This document shows positions 8,720 through 18,878 of a stretch of 64,000 nucleotides of DNA, piece after piece (position 1 is the stretch's first letter; each line of letters starts with the position of its first letter). Location: the IMG/VR virus record IMGVR_UViG_3300025108_000029, positions 1 to 64,000 of that record. One strand, written 5' to 3'. The position numbers and the translations under genes were made by a program. This DNA is from a virus. The notes beneath the pieces were generated by a model, which was not told the DNA's origin, searched no databases, and was given only the letters and a program-made list of their open reading frames with translations.

Positions 8720-9428
8720 CCCTGCTGGTTCTGCTCTTGTTGGTGCGGCTGTATTCGGTCAATCCTTGTACAACTCTTGGCGACCTCGCCGTGTAGGTGT
8801 GTATGGTGCGGCAATGGTGGGTAAGACAACTCTTGACCGTTACATGACAACTCCGGGTGAAATGGAAGAAATAGGTGATGATGAAAGAACTTCACACATG
8901 AAAATACTTGGTCGTTACCTAATGCCAAAACCTACCCGTAAGCGTGTATCATGGAAAGGGCAAAAGCGAGTTGTTTATTCAGCCGATATAGGTGGACAAG
9001 AACGATTTTGGAATCTGTGGATTGATGATATGGTATCGAGACAAGTCGAGGCTGTCGTGTTTGTATTTGATGACCGAGCAATAAAAGGTGGAGAAGAAGC
9101 ATTACAACAAATAGCGGGCTTCAAATATCTCGTGGATTGTTTAGTTAATCGCTCTTATCGTTATCGAACTCTCAAAAGTCGGTGGAAGGGTAAAAAGTAC
9201 ACACCTCGATTAGTTATGCTTGTAGCGAATAAAGCAGACCGCTTTTTTGATGAAAATGCCGCAATGCTGTGGCAACAAAACCGAATTGGTGAACATAAAA
9301 TATTCAATGCGTTTCGAGATGACCTTATACGGTTACAAAAAGCAGGAATACCTACACGCCGTTCTTTTATGGCGACTCGTATAGGATGGAATGTTGAAGA
9401 AACGATGATTGACTTACTGACAACTTGA
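8712..9428 (+). CDS. Ras-superfamily small GTPase (Arf/Rab/Roc-like)
   Basis: G1 GAAMVGKTT, G3 DIGGQERF, G4 VANKAD, G5-like MATRIGWNVEE. Confidence 0.88.
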   Translation: MVDPAGSALVGAAVFGQSLYNSWRPRRVGVYGAAMVGKTTLDRYMTTPGEMEEIGDDERTSHMKILGRYLMPKPTRKRVSWKGQKRVVYSADIGGQERFWNLWIDDMVSRQVEAVVFVFDDRAIKGGEEALQQIAGFKYLVDCLVNRSYRYRTLKSRWKGKKYTPRLVMLVANKADRFFDENAAMLWQQNRIGEHKIFNAFRDDLIRLQKAGIPTRRSFMATRIGWNVEETMIDLLTT

Positions 9429-9437
9429 GGGAATATA

Positions 9438-9617
9438 ATGATAAGAAAAACAACAACTGTTATCGCTGTGAATAAAAAAAGTAAATGCGTGAGAACCGTT
9501 ATACCAAATGTAATGGCAGAATTATTACAACTTTCAGCAGGAGATAAAATTAAATGGGAACTATGCGGTAGCACAGAACAAGGATTTTTTTTAAAAGCGG
9601 TAAAAGGTGAAGAGTAA
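9438..9617 (+). CDS. AbrB/MazE/SpoVT-like DNA-binding protein, 59 aa (not in ORF track)
   Basis: MIRKTTTVIAVNKKSKCVRTVIPNVMAELLQLSAGDKIKWEL matches the IP-x5-L-x-L-x-x-GD-x-I-x-W swapped-hairpin pattern; stop overlaps the next ATG. Confidence 0.7.
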   Translation: MIRKTTTVIAVNKKSKCVRTVIPNVMAELLQLSAGDKIKWELCGSTEQGFFLKAVKGEE

Positions 9618-10567
9618 TGATACCTCAAATAAATCAACAGCAAGCCAACCTTGGTAATGTAAACCAAGCGCATTTAATGGCGTTAAGCCAACAAGGTAAC
9701 GATACTTTGTCTTATGCGGCATTGATGGAACAGGCTACGGCTCAAGAGGCTATGCAAGCCGCCGCAAGTGAAAACAACTTACAAGTTCCTAAAGTCAATT
9801 TTTATCCGAGTCGTCACGCTGACCCTCAAAAAGCCCGTCGTAAAGACATAAAACAGGCTTACAAATTACTTACACCTTCAAAGAAAAGTATTGTAAATCC
9901 TGTGCGGTTTATGTTCGGTAGAAAATACAACTACAACAAACAATCCCATGTATGTGTTATAGATGGCTGTGATTGTTCTGTTCTTATTCAACATGATAAC
10001 CTGTATGCAAAAATTACAGATGAAGACACAGGGCGTTCTCTTTGGGAGATGTATTGGCAGAATCCCGTTACTGGTGAGCCGGAGGCTTTTGTAGCATTGG
10101 AAAAAGTTACCAGTGGCCGTAAAATGCGTGGAACATATTGCCCCGAACACATGCATTTGTATCACTTATTATGTAAATGGGAGGCAGAAGAAGACCGTAT
10201 TCGTGAAGCAAACCCAAGACGCTTGCGAGATAGGGTGAAGCAAGGTGTCTCTATTGTAACTGTACCTGTAGCGGCTGTGGCTAAAAAAGACCCAACACCA
10301 AGTATGTTGAAAAAATATGAGCCGTTTTTTGCTGAATTAGAAAAAGACTCTCGTAAAACAAAAGGAATTAGTGTCAGTCATTACAATAACCCATTAACAG
10401 GTCAAAATGACATTACTACTGTTTCGTTTGACTTGCGTATATTTCAGCATGAGTTGGCTTTAGAACAACAATCAACACCGGCTTTTCAAGCCTTAATACA
10501 ACAACATGTAAATAACTCTATCAATCAAAACCCTCTTGAGCAAGAAAGTACTGGGGTAGGTGAGTGA
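9617..10567 (+). CDS. Hypothetical protein, probable Zn-binding (CxxxxC ... CxxH)
   Basis: 316 aa; CVIDGCDC and YCPEH motifs; Q-rich N-terminus. Confidence 0.75.
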   Translation: MIPQINQQQANLGNVNQAHLMALSQQGNDTLSYAALMEQATAQEAMQAAASENNLQVPKVNFYPSRHADPQKARRKDIKQAYKLLTPSKKSIVNPVRFMFGRKYNYNKQSHVCVIDGCDCSVLIQHDNLYAKITDEDTGRSLWEMYWQNPVTGEPEAFVALEKVTSGRKMRGTYCPEHMHLYHLLCKWEAEEDRIREANPRRLRDRVKQGVSIVTVPVAAVAKKDPTPSMLKKYEPFFAELEKDSRKTKGISVSHYNNPLTGQNDITTVSFDLRIFQHELALEQQSTPAFQALIQQHVNNSINQNPLEQESTGVGE

Positions 10568-11204
10568 GATGTTGGGATTAGGCGGGAATCAAGCACCGAT
10601 GAATAATGGTGCGTTGAACTTAGGTGTTCAAAGTCAGCAAGCACAGATGCCTATGCAAAGTCAAAATCCTTGGGCTAATCAACAAGTCATGGGTGCAGGT
10701 CAATCCCCTCTTATGCAGGGCATGTTCGGCGGTCAACAAAATCAATTTGTTCAACAACCAGTTACCCCTCCAACAGAACTTGAAATACAAATTATGTTAT
10801 TGCGTGGTATATCACCTATTGAACGATATGTTGCCGGACCACAGATGGGTACGCTTGTTGAAATGTTTAGTACTCTTGTAAGTTACAGTGTAATAGAAGT
10901 GTTGCGTAATGCGACTTTTGTAGTTGATGAAGAAACAGGAACTATGAAAATGGATGTAACATCGTTACCTCAAAACTTACAAACACTAAGTGCTGAAAAT
11001 GTTACAGGGCAGTTTAGTACACTCCAAGCATCAGCACAACAAACTGTTAATCAAACAGAAATGGAACAACAGCAATTAGCCGCTTTCGCTCAACAGTCTA
11101 TGATGGGCGGCGCACTTACAGCGGCTCTTGCTAATGACGGTGTAATGGAAAAAGTCGGCGGAGGCTTAGGTAGCCTCGGTCGCAGTTTTATGGGAATGAG
11201 GTGA
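10560..11204 (+). CDS. Q/M/G-rich hypothetical protein
   Basis: 214-aa ORF in the operon; amphipathic G-rich C-terminus. Confidence 0.75.
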   Translation: MSEMLGLGGNQAPMNNGALNLGVQSQQAQMPMQSQNPWANQQVMGAGQSPLMQGMFGGQQNQFVQQPVTPPTELEIQIMLLRGISPIERYVAGPQMGTLVEMFSTLVSYSVIEVLRNATFVVDEETGTMKMDVTSLPQNLQTLSAENVTGQFSTLQASAQQTVNQTEMEQQQLAAFAQQSMMGGALTAALANDGVMEKVGGGLGSLGRSFMGMR

Positions 11205-11209
11205 ATTAA

Positions 11210-11464
11210 ATGAGACAACCAAATGATTTTACAGGCTATATACCAAACTCTTTTGCCGCCACTACACTTGATATGTTAAATCCTAATCGAAGCATTATCA
11301 TTGATATGATTATGGTACAACTAATTTCAGTTATTGTAGTCATGAGTATGATTTTGATTTTCAAAGGTGGCTCAATGTCATCAGCAAGTGTATCGTATTA
11401 CCTTGTAGGTCTATTCGCCAGTTTCCTTATGCTCACTGGTGCTTATTCCCGTATCATTCGCTGA
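11210..11464 (+). CDS. Small two-TM membrane protein (holin-like topology)
   Basis: GAGGTG RBS; two hydrophobic segments in 84 aa. Confidence 0.7.
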   Translation: MRQPNDFTGYIPNSFAATTLDMLNPNRSIIIDMIMVQLISVIVVMSMILIFKGGSMSSASVSYYLVGLFASFLMLTGAYSRIIR

Positions 11465-11728
11465 CGGCCATTTGTGAATCGGACATTGCGAATTAAGTAG
11501 TGCTGTTTTAGAATTAACAAAGCAACCGCATAGGTCACATCGTGTTCCACCATGAGGGCATGTTTGGCAAATACGAACCCTTTCCTTTACCAAAGTGGGC
11601 GGTGCATATTCACCTTTTGCTATGTCTTTAGCCGCTTGAGTGAGGCTACGAATAGATTGTTTGTTAAGAGGTACACCTGCTATTCTTTTAACCCGCCACA
11701 TGATTCTTGCGAACAGTAGATTAACCAT
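11411..11728 (-). CDS. Small Cys-rich phage protein (RxxICxxC...CxxCGC...CPxxKW)
   Basis: ERVRICQTCPH...RCDLCGCFVNSKT...CPIHKW is a motif pattern common in phage genomes; start uncertain. Confidence 0.7.
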   Translation of the reverse strand: MVNLLFARIMWRVKRIAGVPLNKQSIRSLTQAAKDIAKGEYAPPTLVKERVRICQTCPHGGTRCDLCGCFVNSKTALLNSQCPIHKWPSANDTGISTSEHKETGE

Positions 11729-11761
11729 AACTGTTTTCTAAGGGTGTTGCGTAAGAGTGGC

Positions 11762-12442
11762 ATGGAGGGCGGTGAGCGAGTAGTGAAACGCTCGTGCCGT
11801 CTGTGTGTTCATGAAGACCGTGATGAATTAGAAGAACAACTTCTACAAGGTCATATCACACCAAAAGAAATGGATAAAAACATGAGTTGGCGAGCCAATA
11901 CCGCTGACCGTCACTATCGAAACCATATGGGTGAATACCACTTAGCGGCCAATCCTTCTTGTCCTGTATGTGCTTCACCTAATCGTGCTGATTACGAGTT
12001 TGAGTTTTTTAATAACGGTGGGTCAACAGACGCTATCGCTACTGCACTTGAAATACCCGAAAGTGTAGTGTACAACCATATGAAAAACCACTTTCAACCG
12101 TTGGTGCAAAAAACAGCGGCTCTTGAAGTAGCACTTACGGCTGGTCGTGAAATAGAACTACTTCGCTCAAACGCTCAAAAATTAAACCATAAACTTAGCG
12201 AATTACTTGACGAGGGTAGTGTTCATGAGGATGGATTTGTAAGAGATGCTGTTATATTACACAAGGAAGTACGGGAAACTGTCAAAGACTTACTACGCTT
12301 CGAGGACCAATGGGGGCCGCAAAGCGACGGGCAACAAGTCAATCAAACAATCAATGTATTGCAGATTGAATTGAGTAAAGAAAGCCCGGAAACTTGGACT
12401 CGTATTAAGAAACAACTTGAAGAAAACATGGGGGTGGAATGA
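11762..12442 (+). CDS. Tandem Zn-finger/HTH protein with coiled coil; terminase small subunit candidate
   Basis: Two repeats (CRLC...RHYRNH and CPVC...NHMKNH), helical oligomerisation-like region, C-terminal NQTINVLQI strand; first gene of the packaging operon. Confidence 0.55.
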   Translation: MEGGERVVKRSCRLCVHEDRDELEEQLLQGHITPKEMDKNMSWRANTADRHYRNHMGEYHLAANPSCPVCASPNRADYEFEFFNNGGSTDAIATALEIPESVVYNHMKNHFQPLVQKTAALEVALTAGREIELLRSNAQKLNHKLSELLDEGSVHEDGFVRDAVILHKEVRETVKDLLRFEDQWGPQSDGQQVNQTINVLQIELSKESPETWTRIKKQLEENMGVE

Positions 12443-13731
12443 TGGTTATGGGAAGAGGTTCGGACACACGAATGTATGCACCCCGTAGTGAATCATCTCA
12501 AATGTATTCGTCTGCTAATGAAGACGAAAGTAAGTACAACCCTACTTCGCCCGAAGACAATGAAAAGCGGGCAGAAGCAAAAAAACTCAAAGAAGAAGAG
12601 GCTAAGAAAAAAGCCAAAGACATCAAACACATTAAAATCAAACCAAATCAAGGTTTAGGTGCAGGACCGGGATTAGAAACAGAACCCGGTCTTGATGACG
12701 GCAACAAGCGTGATGATGAGCGTGAGATAGGTCTTCAAGGTGGACCGGCTGGTAGTCGTGGACATTTACTTGATTTAGCCACAGGTGCAAAAACAGGCAC
12801 AGGTTCAGCAATGGGTACGGGTAATTCAGCCGTAAGAACAGGTGAACCAATGGCTGATGCTTGGAGTTCGCTACTCAAGCGTGAAACTCGTGGAACTATT
12901 GAAGGTCGCCGTCGCCGTGAAAAGCGAAGAGAGTTCCGCCCTTCAACTGGACAATTCAAAAGACCACCCGGCGGTCAATCCCCTGTTGGTGCAACCATGC
13001 GCCGTTTCCGAGCGCACATGCGTGGTATCAAGGGTGGTAAGAAAACCGGATTGATGAAACCCCACTTGGCTGTTGAAATGAGCCACCGTGGTATTGCTAC
13101 CAAGCAACCGATGAGTAAAGACCCACAGAAGTATCGTCAATACATGGGGCAACAAGAAGCAAAGAAAATACTTGGTAATGTCCGAACAACCTATTCTCCA
13201 CACGCCCGACACAGCGCAAGGTCATTCACTGCTGGACCAACTGGCGGTGGCCGCTTAACTGGACTACTACCGGGTCAATCCGGCCAAATGCGACAACCGG
13301 CTTTGCAAAGACTACGCCGACCTCGTATGCCACGGATGCCACGGATGCCAACCCCGCAGATGCCATCTATGCCGCAGATGCCCCCGCCAATGAGCAGTGT
13401 TCCAAGTATGCCAGCACCATCGTCTTCCATGATGATGAGTGACGAGCGCACTCAAAGTGATTTACTCAAAGCAAATCGTCATGCTAATCGAACTGAAATG
13501 CTTGCACTAATGCGTATGTTAATTCAAGCACAGCGAGCAAAAGCGAGCATGAAAAAATCAAAACCTAATTTTTATGATGGCAATGTACCTCAACATGCTT
13601 CACCTGTTCATAACTACGAGGATGAAGAAGAAAAGAATGACGGCCCTACTCAAAACCTTGAAACTAATTCAAGCCGCTTAGGACTCGACCCTGCGGGTTA
13701 TTTATCCGGTAAGCGGGGGCATTCGGGATGA
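12439..13731 (+). CDS. Basic low-complexity protein with internal tag (GEPMADAWSSLLKR)
   Basis: 430 aa; acidic N-part, R/K-rich part after the tag, PRM/PQM repeats. Confidence 0.8.
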   Translation: MMVMGRGSDTRMYAPRSESSQMYSSANEDESKYNPTSPEDNEKRAEAKKLKEEEAKKKAKDIKHIKIKPNQGLGAGPGLETEPGLDDGNKRDDEREIGLQGGPAGSRGHLLDLATGAKTGTGSAMGTGNSAVRTGEPMADAWSSLLKRETRGTIEGRRRREKRREFRPSTGQFKRPPGGQSPVGATMRRFRAHMRGIKGGKKTGLMKPHLAVEMSHRGIATKQPMSKDPQKYRQYMGQQEAKKILGNVRTTYSPHARHSARSFTAGPTGGGRLTGLLPGQSGQMRQPALQRLRRPRMPRMPRMPTPQMPSMPQMPPPMSSVPSMPAPSSSMMMSDERTQSDLLKANRHANRTEMLALMRMLIQAQRAKASMKKSKPNFYDGNVPQHASPVHNYEDEEEKNDGPTQNLETNSSRLGLDPAGYLSGKRGHSG

Positions 13732-15905
13732 TTTTTGTCAAGGGTCGTTTAATCCGAAAAGCATGGGGTATGACAGCCCATACACCGGAACACGGCTCGA
13801 CAATGATTCGTAATCCACCTGCAACTGCATTTACACCACCTACAGAAGAAGACATACCTGCTTTTGCACATGACGGTCATGGGGGTATTATACCGGGTGA
13901 ATGGCAAAGCGGCGACCACGGTGAGCGTCATTGGGTTACTTCTGTTGGTAGTTACCAACACGGTATTGATGCGGCTGTTACTCGTTTGGGTTGGTTTTTG
14001 AAAAAATATAAGAAAGACGCTAATCCTGTAGATATTATCAATCAAGCAATTACTAATTTTAATAAAAATCATACAAGTCATAAAGGTTTAGATGATTTAA
14101 CACAGGGCGACCATTACTTACCACCTTTTGAAAGTATGGCTTGGAGAAAAATTAGAGCAAGTATGTTACCTCCCGGTGGTAGTACACGAGAGATGTCCGA
14201 CCGAGCAACCAAAACAAAAAATAATACTTTAATTACTCATTATACAAATAAAAACATTGATGGGCCGATGGGTCGTTTTGTAGAATCGGGGGCTATTCCT
14301 TTTAATGACGAACTGCAACACATCCTTGAAGACGAATACGACTTACCTTTTGATGTATCAAAACAACTTTCTTTTGTTCAAAAACCATACATCTACGCTC
14401 GTGAATTAGCACCTCAAGGTCGAATTGAGGCTTCATATCAAGAACACCCTGCGGATATATCACCAAAACAAATGGCAGGTGCGCCGGATGATTACTTTAA
14501 TGAGCAAATACCAGTGTTTACCCATTCAGTTGCCCACCACTTACCCGACATCATGTATTATCCCCATGTTGATGTACACGGTACAAAAACCGGTGGAAAA
14601 CAAAACTTCGACCAAGAAGCAGGATTATACTCAATGGCTGAAAGAGCAATTGATAAAGCATTAGAAAGTGGTATTGAAAACATTCCCGATGTCCCTGCAA
14701 CAATTAACATTGGAACAATGGGTAGCCCCGAAATGATTCAACGCCCTCTTCGTGAGATTCTACAAGACCCTGCGATGAAAAGAAAATTGATTGAAGACAT
14801 GGCTCATGTTCCAGCAATGATGTTTTTATTTGGTCGAAGTAATCAAGGTAATTTCAAAAAACAATTTGACCGTTTAATGGAGATACACGGTGCTGGTGAA
14901 GAAGGTTTGTCTTACGACCAACACAAGCAGTTTTTCAAACCCGGTGCTGGTGGTAATAAAGGTAGGCATCTGTCAGCGGCTCGACTGATGGCTCTTGCAC
15001 ATAAATCCGGTGCTGATGATGACGACCCCGAAAGAAGTAAAATTGGCACACATCCTATTACCAGTGAAGAATTAAGTGCTTTCAATGTCAATTATAATGA
15101 AAACCTCATGGGTCAAGTTGACCGCTTCCGTGGTATCATTGAAGCGTTGGCCGACCATCAATCCGAAGCACAGGGCCATCCTGTAAAAATGGCACTTGGT
15201 GATATTAACACGAAACCAATGCAAGGTATGACTTTTGCTAATTACCCTGTAGAGGGTGAGGATGTGTCACTTGAGCCACACATGGATGCCTACCTTCATG
15301 GAGTTGAAGACTTTGCTGATGCAAGTTCTATGCCAGTCCCGCCGGAATCTACCTCCGCTACTACCGTAGATAAACCGGTTCCTTCACCGCCTCTTACCGG
15401 CGGGACACCCCCTCAAAGGGTTGGTGTAGTTCCTCAAGGACCACCGGCTACGCCTCTTGACCCGACATTTCAAAGACTTAGACCGCAAATTGCTCAACAA
15501 ACCCCGGAACAATTTAGAGAAATGATGGATGCTGGTGGTAGAGGTAGAAACCCAAGTTTACCTCCCGAAGAGTTCCTTACACCCGTTGAAGCAAGAGCGC
15601 AACAGTTACTTGCTGACCCACGGCAACAATTACTCGACCAATACATGAGAAGTGAGGATGCACACCTATCAGTCATGGATAGAGTGATGAAAGCATTGGA
15701 AAGAATGCAACAAGAAGAAGCAGGTTTTGACGGGATTAAAATTAACAGTAATCTTAACACCCCACACGCACTGGCGAAACATGTCGGGCTGACCGCAAGT
15801 GAAGTGGTGACAATCAACCAAACAATGGGTGATTGGCATAACATCGCTAAGTCCTACAATGTAGATGCAAAAATTGTCAAGGTTATCAAAACCAATATGA
15901 GGTGA
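13728..15905 (+). CDS. Hypothetical protein (possible internal head protein)
   Basis: 725-aa ORF coupled to its neighbours; HTH-like C-terminus. Confidence 0.75.
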   Translation: MIFVKGRLIRKAWGMTAHTPEHGSTMIRNPPATAFTPPTEEDIPAFAHDGHGGIIPGEWQSGDHGERHWVTSVGSYQHGIDAAVTRLGWFLKKYKKDANPVDIINQAITNFNKNHTSHKGLDDLTQGDHYLPPFESMAWRKIRASMLPPGGSTREMSDRATKTKNNTLITHYTNKNIDGPMGRFVESGAIPFNDELQHILEDEYDLPFDVSKQLSFVQKPYIYARELAPQGRIEASYQEHPADISPKQMAGAPDDYFNEQIPVFTHSVAHHLPDIMYYPHVDVHGTKTGGKQNFDQEAGLYSMAERAIDKALESGIENIPDVPATINIGTMGSPEMIQRPLREILQDPAMKRKLIEDMAHVPAMMFLFGRSNQGNFKKQFDRLMEIHGAGEEGLSYDQHKQFFKPGAGGNKGRHLSAARLMALAHKSGADDDDPERSKIGTHPITSEELSAFNVNYNENLMGQVDRFRGIIEALADHQSEAQGHPVKMALGDINTKPMQGMTFANYPVEGEDVSLEPHMDAYLHGVEDFADASSMPVPPESTSATTVDKPVPSPPLTGGTPPQRVGVVPQGPPATPLDPTFQRLRPQIAQQTPEQFREMMDAGGRGRNPSLPPEEFLTPVEARAQQLLADPRQQLLDQYMRSEDAHLSVMDRVMKALERMQQEEAGFDGIKINSNLNTPHALAKHVGLTASEVVTINQTMGDWHNIAKSYNVDAKIVKVIKTNMR

Positions 15906-15909
15906 TATA

Positions 15910-16671
15910 ATGTCAAATAAAATATTGGTAAAACAAAGCGGCCCAACTGTTTTTCAATCTGTTGGACCTACAGGTACTCGCCCTTCTTTTATGGACATGG
16001 CTCGCACCACCTTTGCCCCTCGTGGACAAGTAGGTGTGGGTCAAAGACTTAGAGGGCTTGCTGGTATGGCGGGTAAAGGTGCGGCGGCGGCGGTTACTGC
16101 TCAACAGACAGCAGAACGAATGCAAGCCGGTGATGCATCAGCCCCACTTCAAGCAGGTATAACATATCAAGGTATAGACCCCACTGGAACTATCAATCCA
16201 AATATCGGTGAACAAATGTACAAACCCGGTCAACCTCAAGTATTACCAACTCCGCCAAATCCCGCCGGTATGCAACCTAATACTACAGGTCAAAGACCCG
16301 GCGCAGTAGGAGTAGCACCAACCAATAGTACTTTTACATCACCTATTGATATGTCACAATATCCATCAATTGCTCATCAGTTTGACCCTAATCATTACAT
16401 AAATCAAACTCTACAATTACATCAAGACGCAGTAACGCCGCAAGTACTCGCAGAACAACAACAAATGGGTGATGTTTTGGCGCAACAGGGTGGTAATCAG
16501 TCAGCATCACCCGGAGGAACAGGTAATATGGGTAGTGTTTTGGCGACACAACAGATTAGAAACGCATTCGTTGGCACTCTATTCGATAAACTTGGACCGG
16601 ACATGGTGTACAAAATGACTCCACATGAAATAGGTACTGTATCAGCACTAATGCACTTAAAATTGAGTTGA
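15910..16671 (+). CDS. Q/P/G-rich hypothetical protein
   Basis: 253 aa; GAGGTG RBS; N-terminus MSNKILVKQ. Confidence 0.75.
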   Translation: MSNKILVKQSGPTVFQSVGPTGTRPSFMDMARTTFAPRGQVGVGQRLRGLAGMAGKGAAAAVTAQQTAERMQAGDASAPLQAGITYQGIDPTGTINPNIGEQMYKPGQPQVLPTPPNPAGMQPNTTGQRPGAVGVAPTNSTFTSPIDMSQYPSIAHQFDPNHYINQTLQLHQDAVTPQVLAEQQQMGDVLAQQGGNQSASPGGTGNMGSVLATQQIRNAFVGTLFDKLGPDMVYKMTPHEIGTVSALMHLKLS

Positions 16672-16675
16672 TAGT

Positions 16676-18166
16676 ATGGGAGATGACATGAATGCGTTTA
16701 TCCAAGAAATGGATAGCAAAATGGCGGCAAAGTCATTCAAGTACTTCTTTACAGAAATACTGGGCTTTCATTACAGTCATCACCATGAATCATGGGAAAC
16801 AGGACTAAACGAACACCGTTACTACTGTGTTAAAGCAAGTCGGGACCACGGTAAATCCACTTTGTTTATGGCCTATGCTCTTTGGATAGCCGCATTCAAA
16901 CCGGGAACACACATCATGATTTTTTCTCACTCCCTTGAACAGACACTTGAACACATGCGATTTATCCGCAATAACATTGAGAGTGCTGACATTTTGCGAC
17001 ACCTAAAGCCCGAAGGTGGGCGACCGTGGGCTAAGTCTTACTTTGAGTTCACCAACGGTAGCCGTCTAATGGCTAAGTCGGTTGGTGGTGCAACTCGTGG
17101 TTTCCACCCCGATGTGGTAGTATGCGACGATATTCTTTGGGGTACAACTGGTGGAGAACTACAGCGAGCCGCTGACTGGTTCTACGGTGTTTTACTCCCT
17201 GTTCTGCACCACTCATCTCGTTTGATGATGGTAGGTACACCGTTCAGTTACAACGATTTGTACGCCGAATTGGAAGAAAAAGAAACATTCCGTGTCGAGA
17301 CATACCCTGCAATTGACGGTGAAGGTAACGCTCTTTGGCCGGAACGGTGGAATCTCGAAGCACTTGAACAACGGCGTATGTCAATGCCCGCTATCCAATT
17401 CAGCCGTGAATACCTGTGTGAACCTATTCACGATGTTGCGAGTATGTTCCCCGCTACTATTCTCAATGAGGCTCGTAACACAGATTTGGTATTACTCGAT
17501 AGGGCTGATACCGAGTATGATGAAGAGGGTAATCCCGCTGGCGTATTCGGTCAACACTTTATCGGATGGGACACAGCAATCGCTTCGGATAAGAACGCTG
17601 ACTACACAGCCATGCTTGTTTTGCGTACACCGCCCGGTGAGAATGTAAAACAAATTGTTGGCATAGTTCACGAGAAGGGACTTGGTGGTTTGGCACAGAA
17701 AAAACACATTCTTACTCTCAACAGTCGTTTTCAGCCGGATTTAATTGAACTTGAAGGTAACAATTTTCAGCGAATGTTTGCCGCTGAACTTCAAGACATG
17801 AGAGGGGATATTCCTATTCGCACCTTTATGACAACTCGCCAGCGCAAAGAAAGCATGTTCATGTCTTTGCTTATGGCGTTTGAACAAGGACAAATCCAAT
17901 TACCATATGGTGATGAGCGAAGTCGTACATTTACACATAAATTAGAAGAAGAACTCAACCGATTCGGTATGCAAAAAAATGGGCGACTTGAATCGGTGGG
18001 AACGCACGATGACTTGGCAATGGCACTTGCTTTAGCGAACTGGGGAACGAAAGAGTTCAAAGGTTCAGTACAACTACTCGATGATATACTACCCGGATTG
18101 GATGAGTATATCGGCGGAAAAACACACAGAAACAAAGGAACTGGCGACGGATGGTTAATACCATGA
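16676..18166 (+). CDS. terL: Terminase large subunit
   Basis: Walker A ASRDHGKST, Walker B VVCDD, motif III VGTP, RNase H-like nuclease IGWDTA...HDDLAMA. Confidence 0.95.
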   Translation: MGDDMNAFIQEMDSKMAAKSFKYFFTEILGFHYSHHHESWETGLNEHRYYCVKASRDHGKSTLFMAYALWIAAFKPGTHIMIFSHSLEQTLEHMRFIRNNIESADILRHLKPEGGRPWAKSYFEFTNGSRLMAKSVGGATRGFHPDVVVCDDILWGTTGGELQRAADWFYGVLLPVLHHSSRLMMVGTPFSYNDLYAELEEKETFRVETYPAIDGEGNALWPERWNLEALEQRRMSMPAIQFSREYLCEPIHDVASMFPATILNEARNTDLVLLDRADTEYDEEGNPAGVFGQHFIGWDTAIASDKNADYTAMLVLRTPPGENVKQIVGIVHEKGLGGLAQKKHILTLNSRFQPDLIELEGNNFQRMFAAELQDMRGDIPIRTFMTTRQRKESMFMSLLMAFEQGQIQLPYGDERSRTFTHKLEEELNRFGMQKNGRLESVGTHDDLAMALALANWGTKEFKGSVQLLDDILPGLDEYIGGKTHRNKGTGDGWLIP

Positions 18167-18178
18167 TTTATCCGTTTA

Positions 18179-18520
18179 ATGAATGGGGATTTTAAAATGA
18201 AAGAAGACGATAAAAAGAAAAAGAAAGGTATGGTTGTTGTAATTGCACTTGGTGGTAAGCCGCCTAAGTCACCGGAACACACCGCTGACCCCGATGAAAA
18301 GAAAAAAATGGATGATGCTTGGCGATTTTTGAAAGCATATTACACCGAAGAACAAGTGGCTGAAATGGAAAATATGTCACCCGAAGACGCATGGAATCGT
18401 AAAAATGAAATAACTATGGATAGGAACGATAAATGCATGGGTTGTAATAAAACACTTAATTTAGGCGACCTTGAATACGGTGCTTGTTTAGAATGTAAAA
18501 CATCTACAAGCGGTAGGTGA
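18179..18520 (+). CDS. Small protein with internal tag (KMDDAWRFLKA) and C-terminal Zn ribbon
   Basis: CMGC...CLEC; K-rich N-terminus. Confidence 0.75.
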   Translation: MNGDFKMKEDDKKKKKGMVVVIALGGKPPKSPEHTADPDEKKKMDDAWRFLKAYYTEEQVAEMENMSPEDAWNRKNEITMDRNDKCMGCNKTLNLGDLEYGACLECKTSTSGR

Positions 18521-18720
18521 ATGATATGAGTTGCGATTGCGGTCACTGTGTAGGCATGGATAGTGCCTTTGATTTTTTAGAAAAGAAACTATGCCCTGCC
18601 GGTAAAGCGGCGGCTAAGAAAAAGTTCGATGTTTACCCATCAGCGTATGCTAATGGATGGGCTGTTCAATACTGCCGTGGTAAGTTTAAAGGAAAAAAGA
18701 AAGGGGGTAAGAAAAAATGA
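18517..18720 (+). CDS. Small basic phage protein (YPSAYANG motif) with tag variant
   Basis: MDSAFDFLEKK followed by LCPAGKAAAKKKFDVYPSAYANGWAVQYC. Confidence 0.75.
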   Translation: MNDMSCDCGHCVGMDSAFDFLEKKLCPAGKAAAKKKFDVYPSAYANGWAVQYCRGKFKGKKKGGKKK

Positions 18721-18878
18721 AACTTAAGAAACCCTCTTGCTGTTGCGGTGGTACAAAGAAAACACCCTGCGTTTGCATGATAGAAGGAAACCAATGTTCC
18801 GCTTCTTCTCCGAAGTGTCCCTGTTACGCTCTTATTGACAAACAAAAAGACATTAAGAAAATGGTCGGTGTTCTTTGA
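18717..18878 (+). CDS. 53-aa metallothionein-like Cys-rich peptide (not in ORF track)
   Basis: MKLKKPSCCCGGTKKTPCVCMIEGNQCSASSPKCPCYALIDKQKDIKKMVGVL; 8 Cys; exactly fills the gap between neighbours. Confidence 0.7.
   Translation: MKLKKPSCCCGGTKKTPCVCMIEGNQCSASSPKCPCYALIDKQKDIKKMVGVL

Noticed and set aside
11210-11464. Definite holin call
   Set aside because: Only the topology fits; no endolysin or family motif, so it is left as a membrane protein
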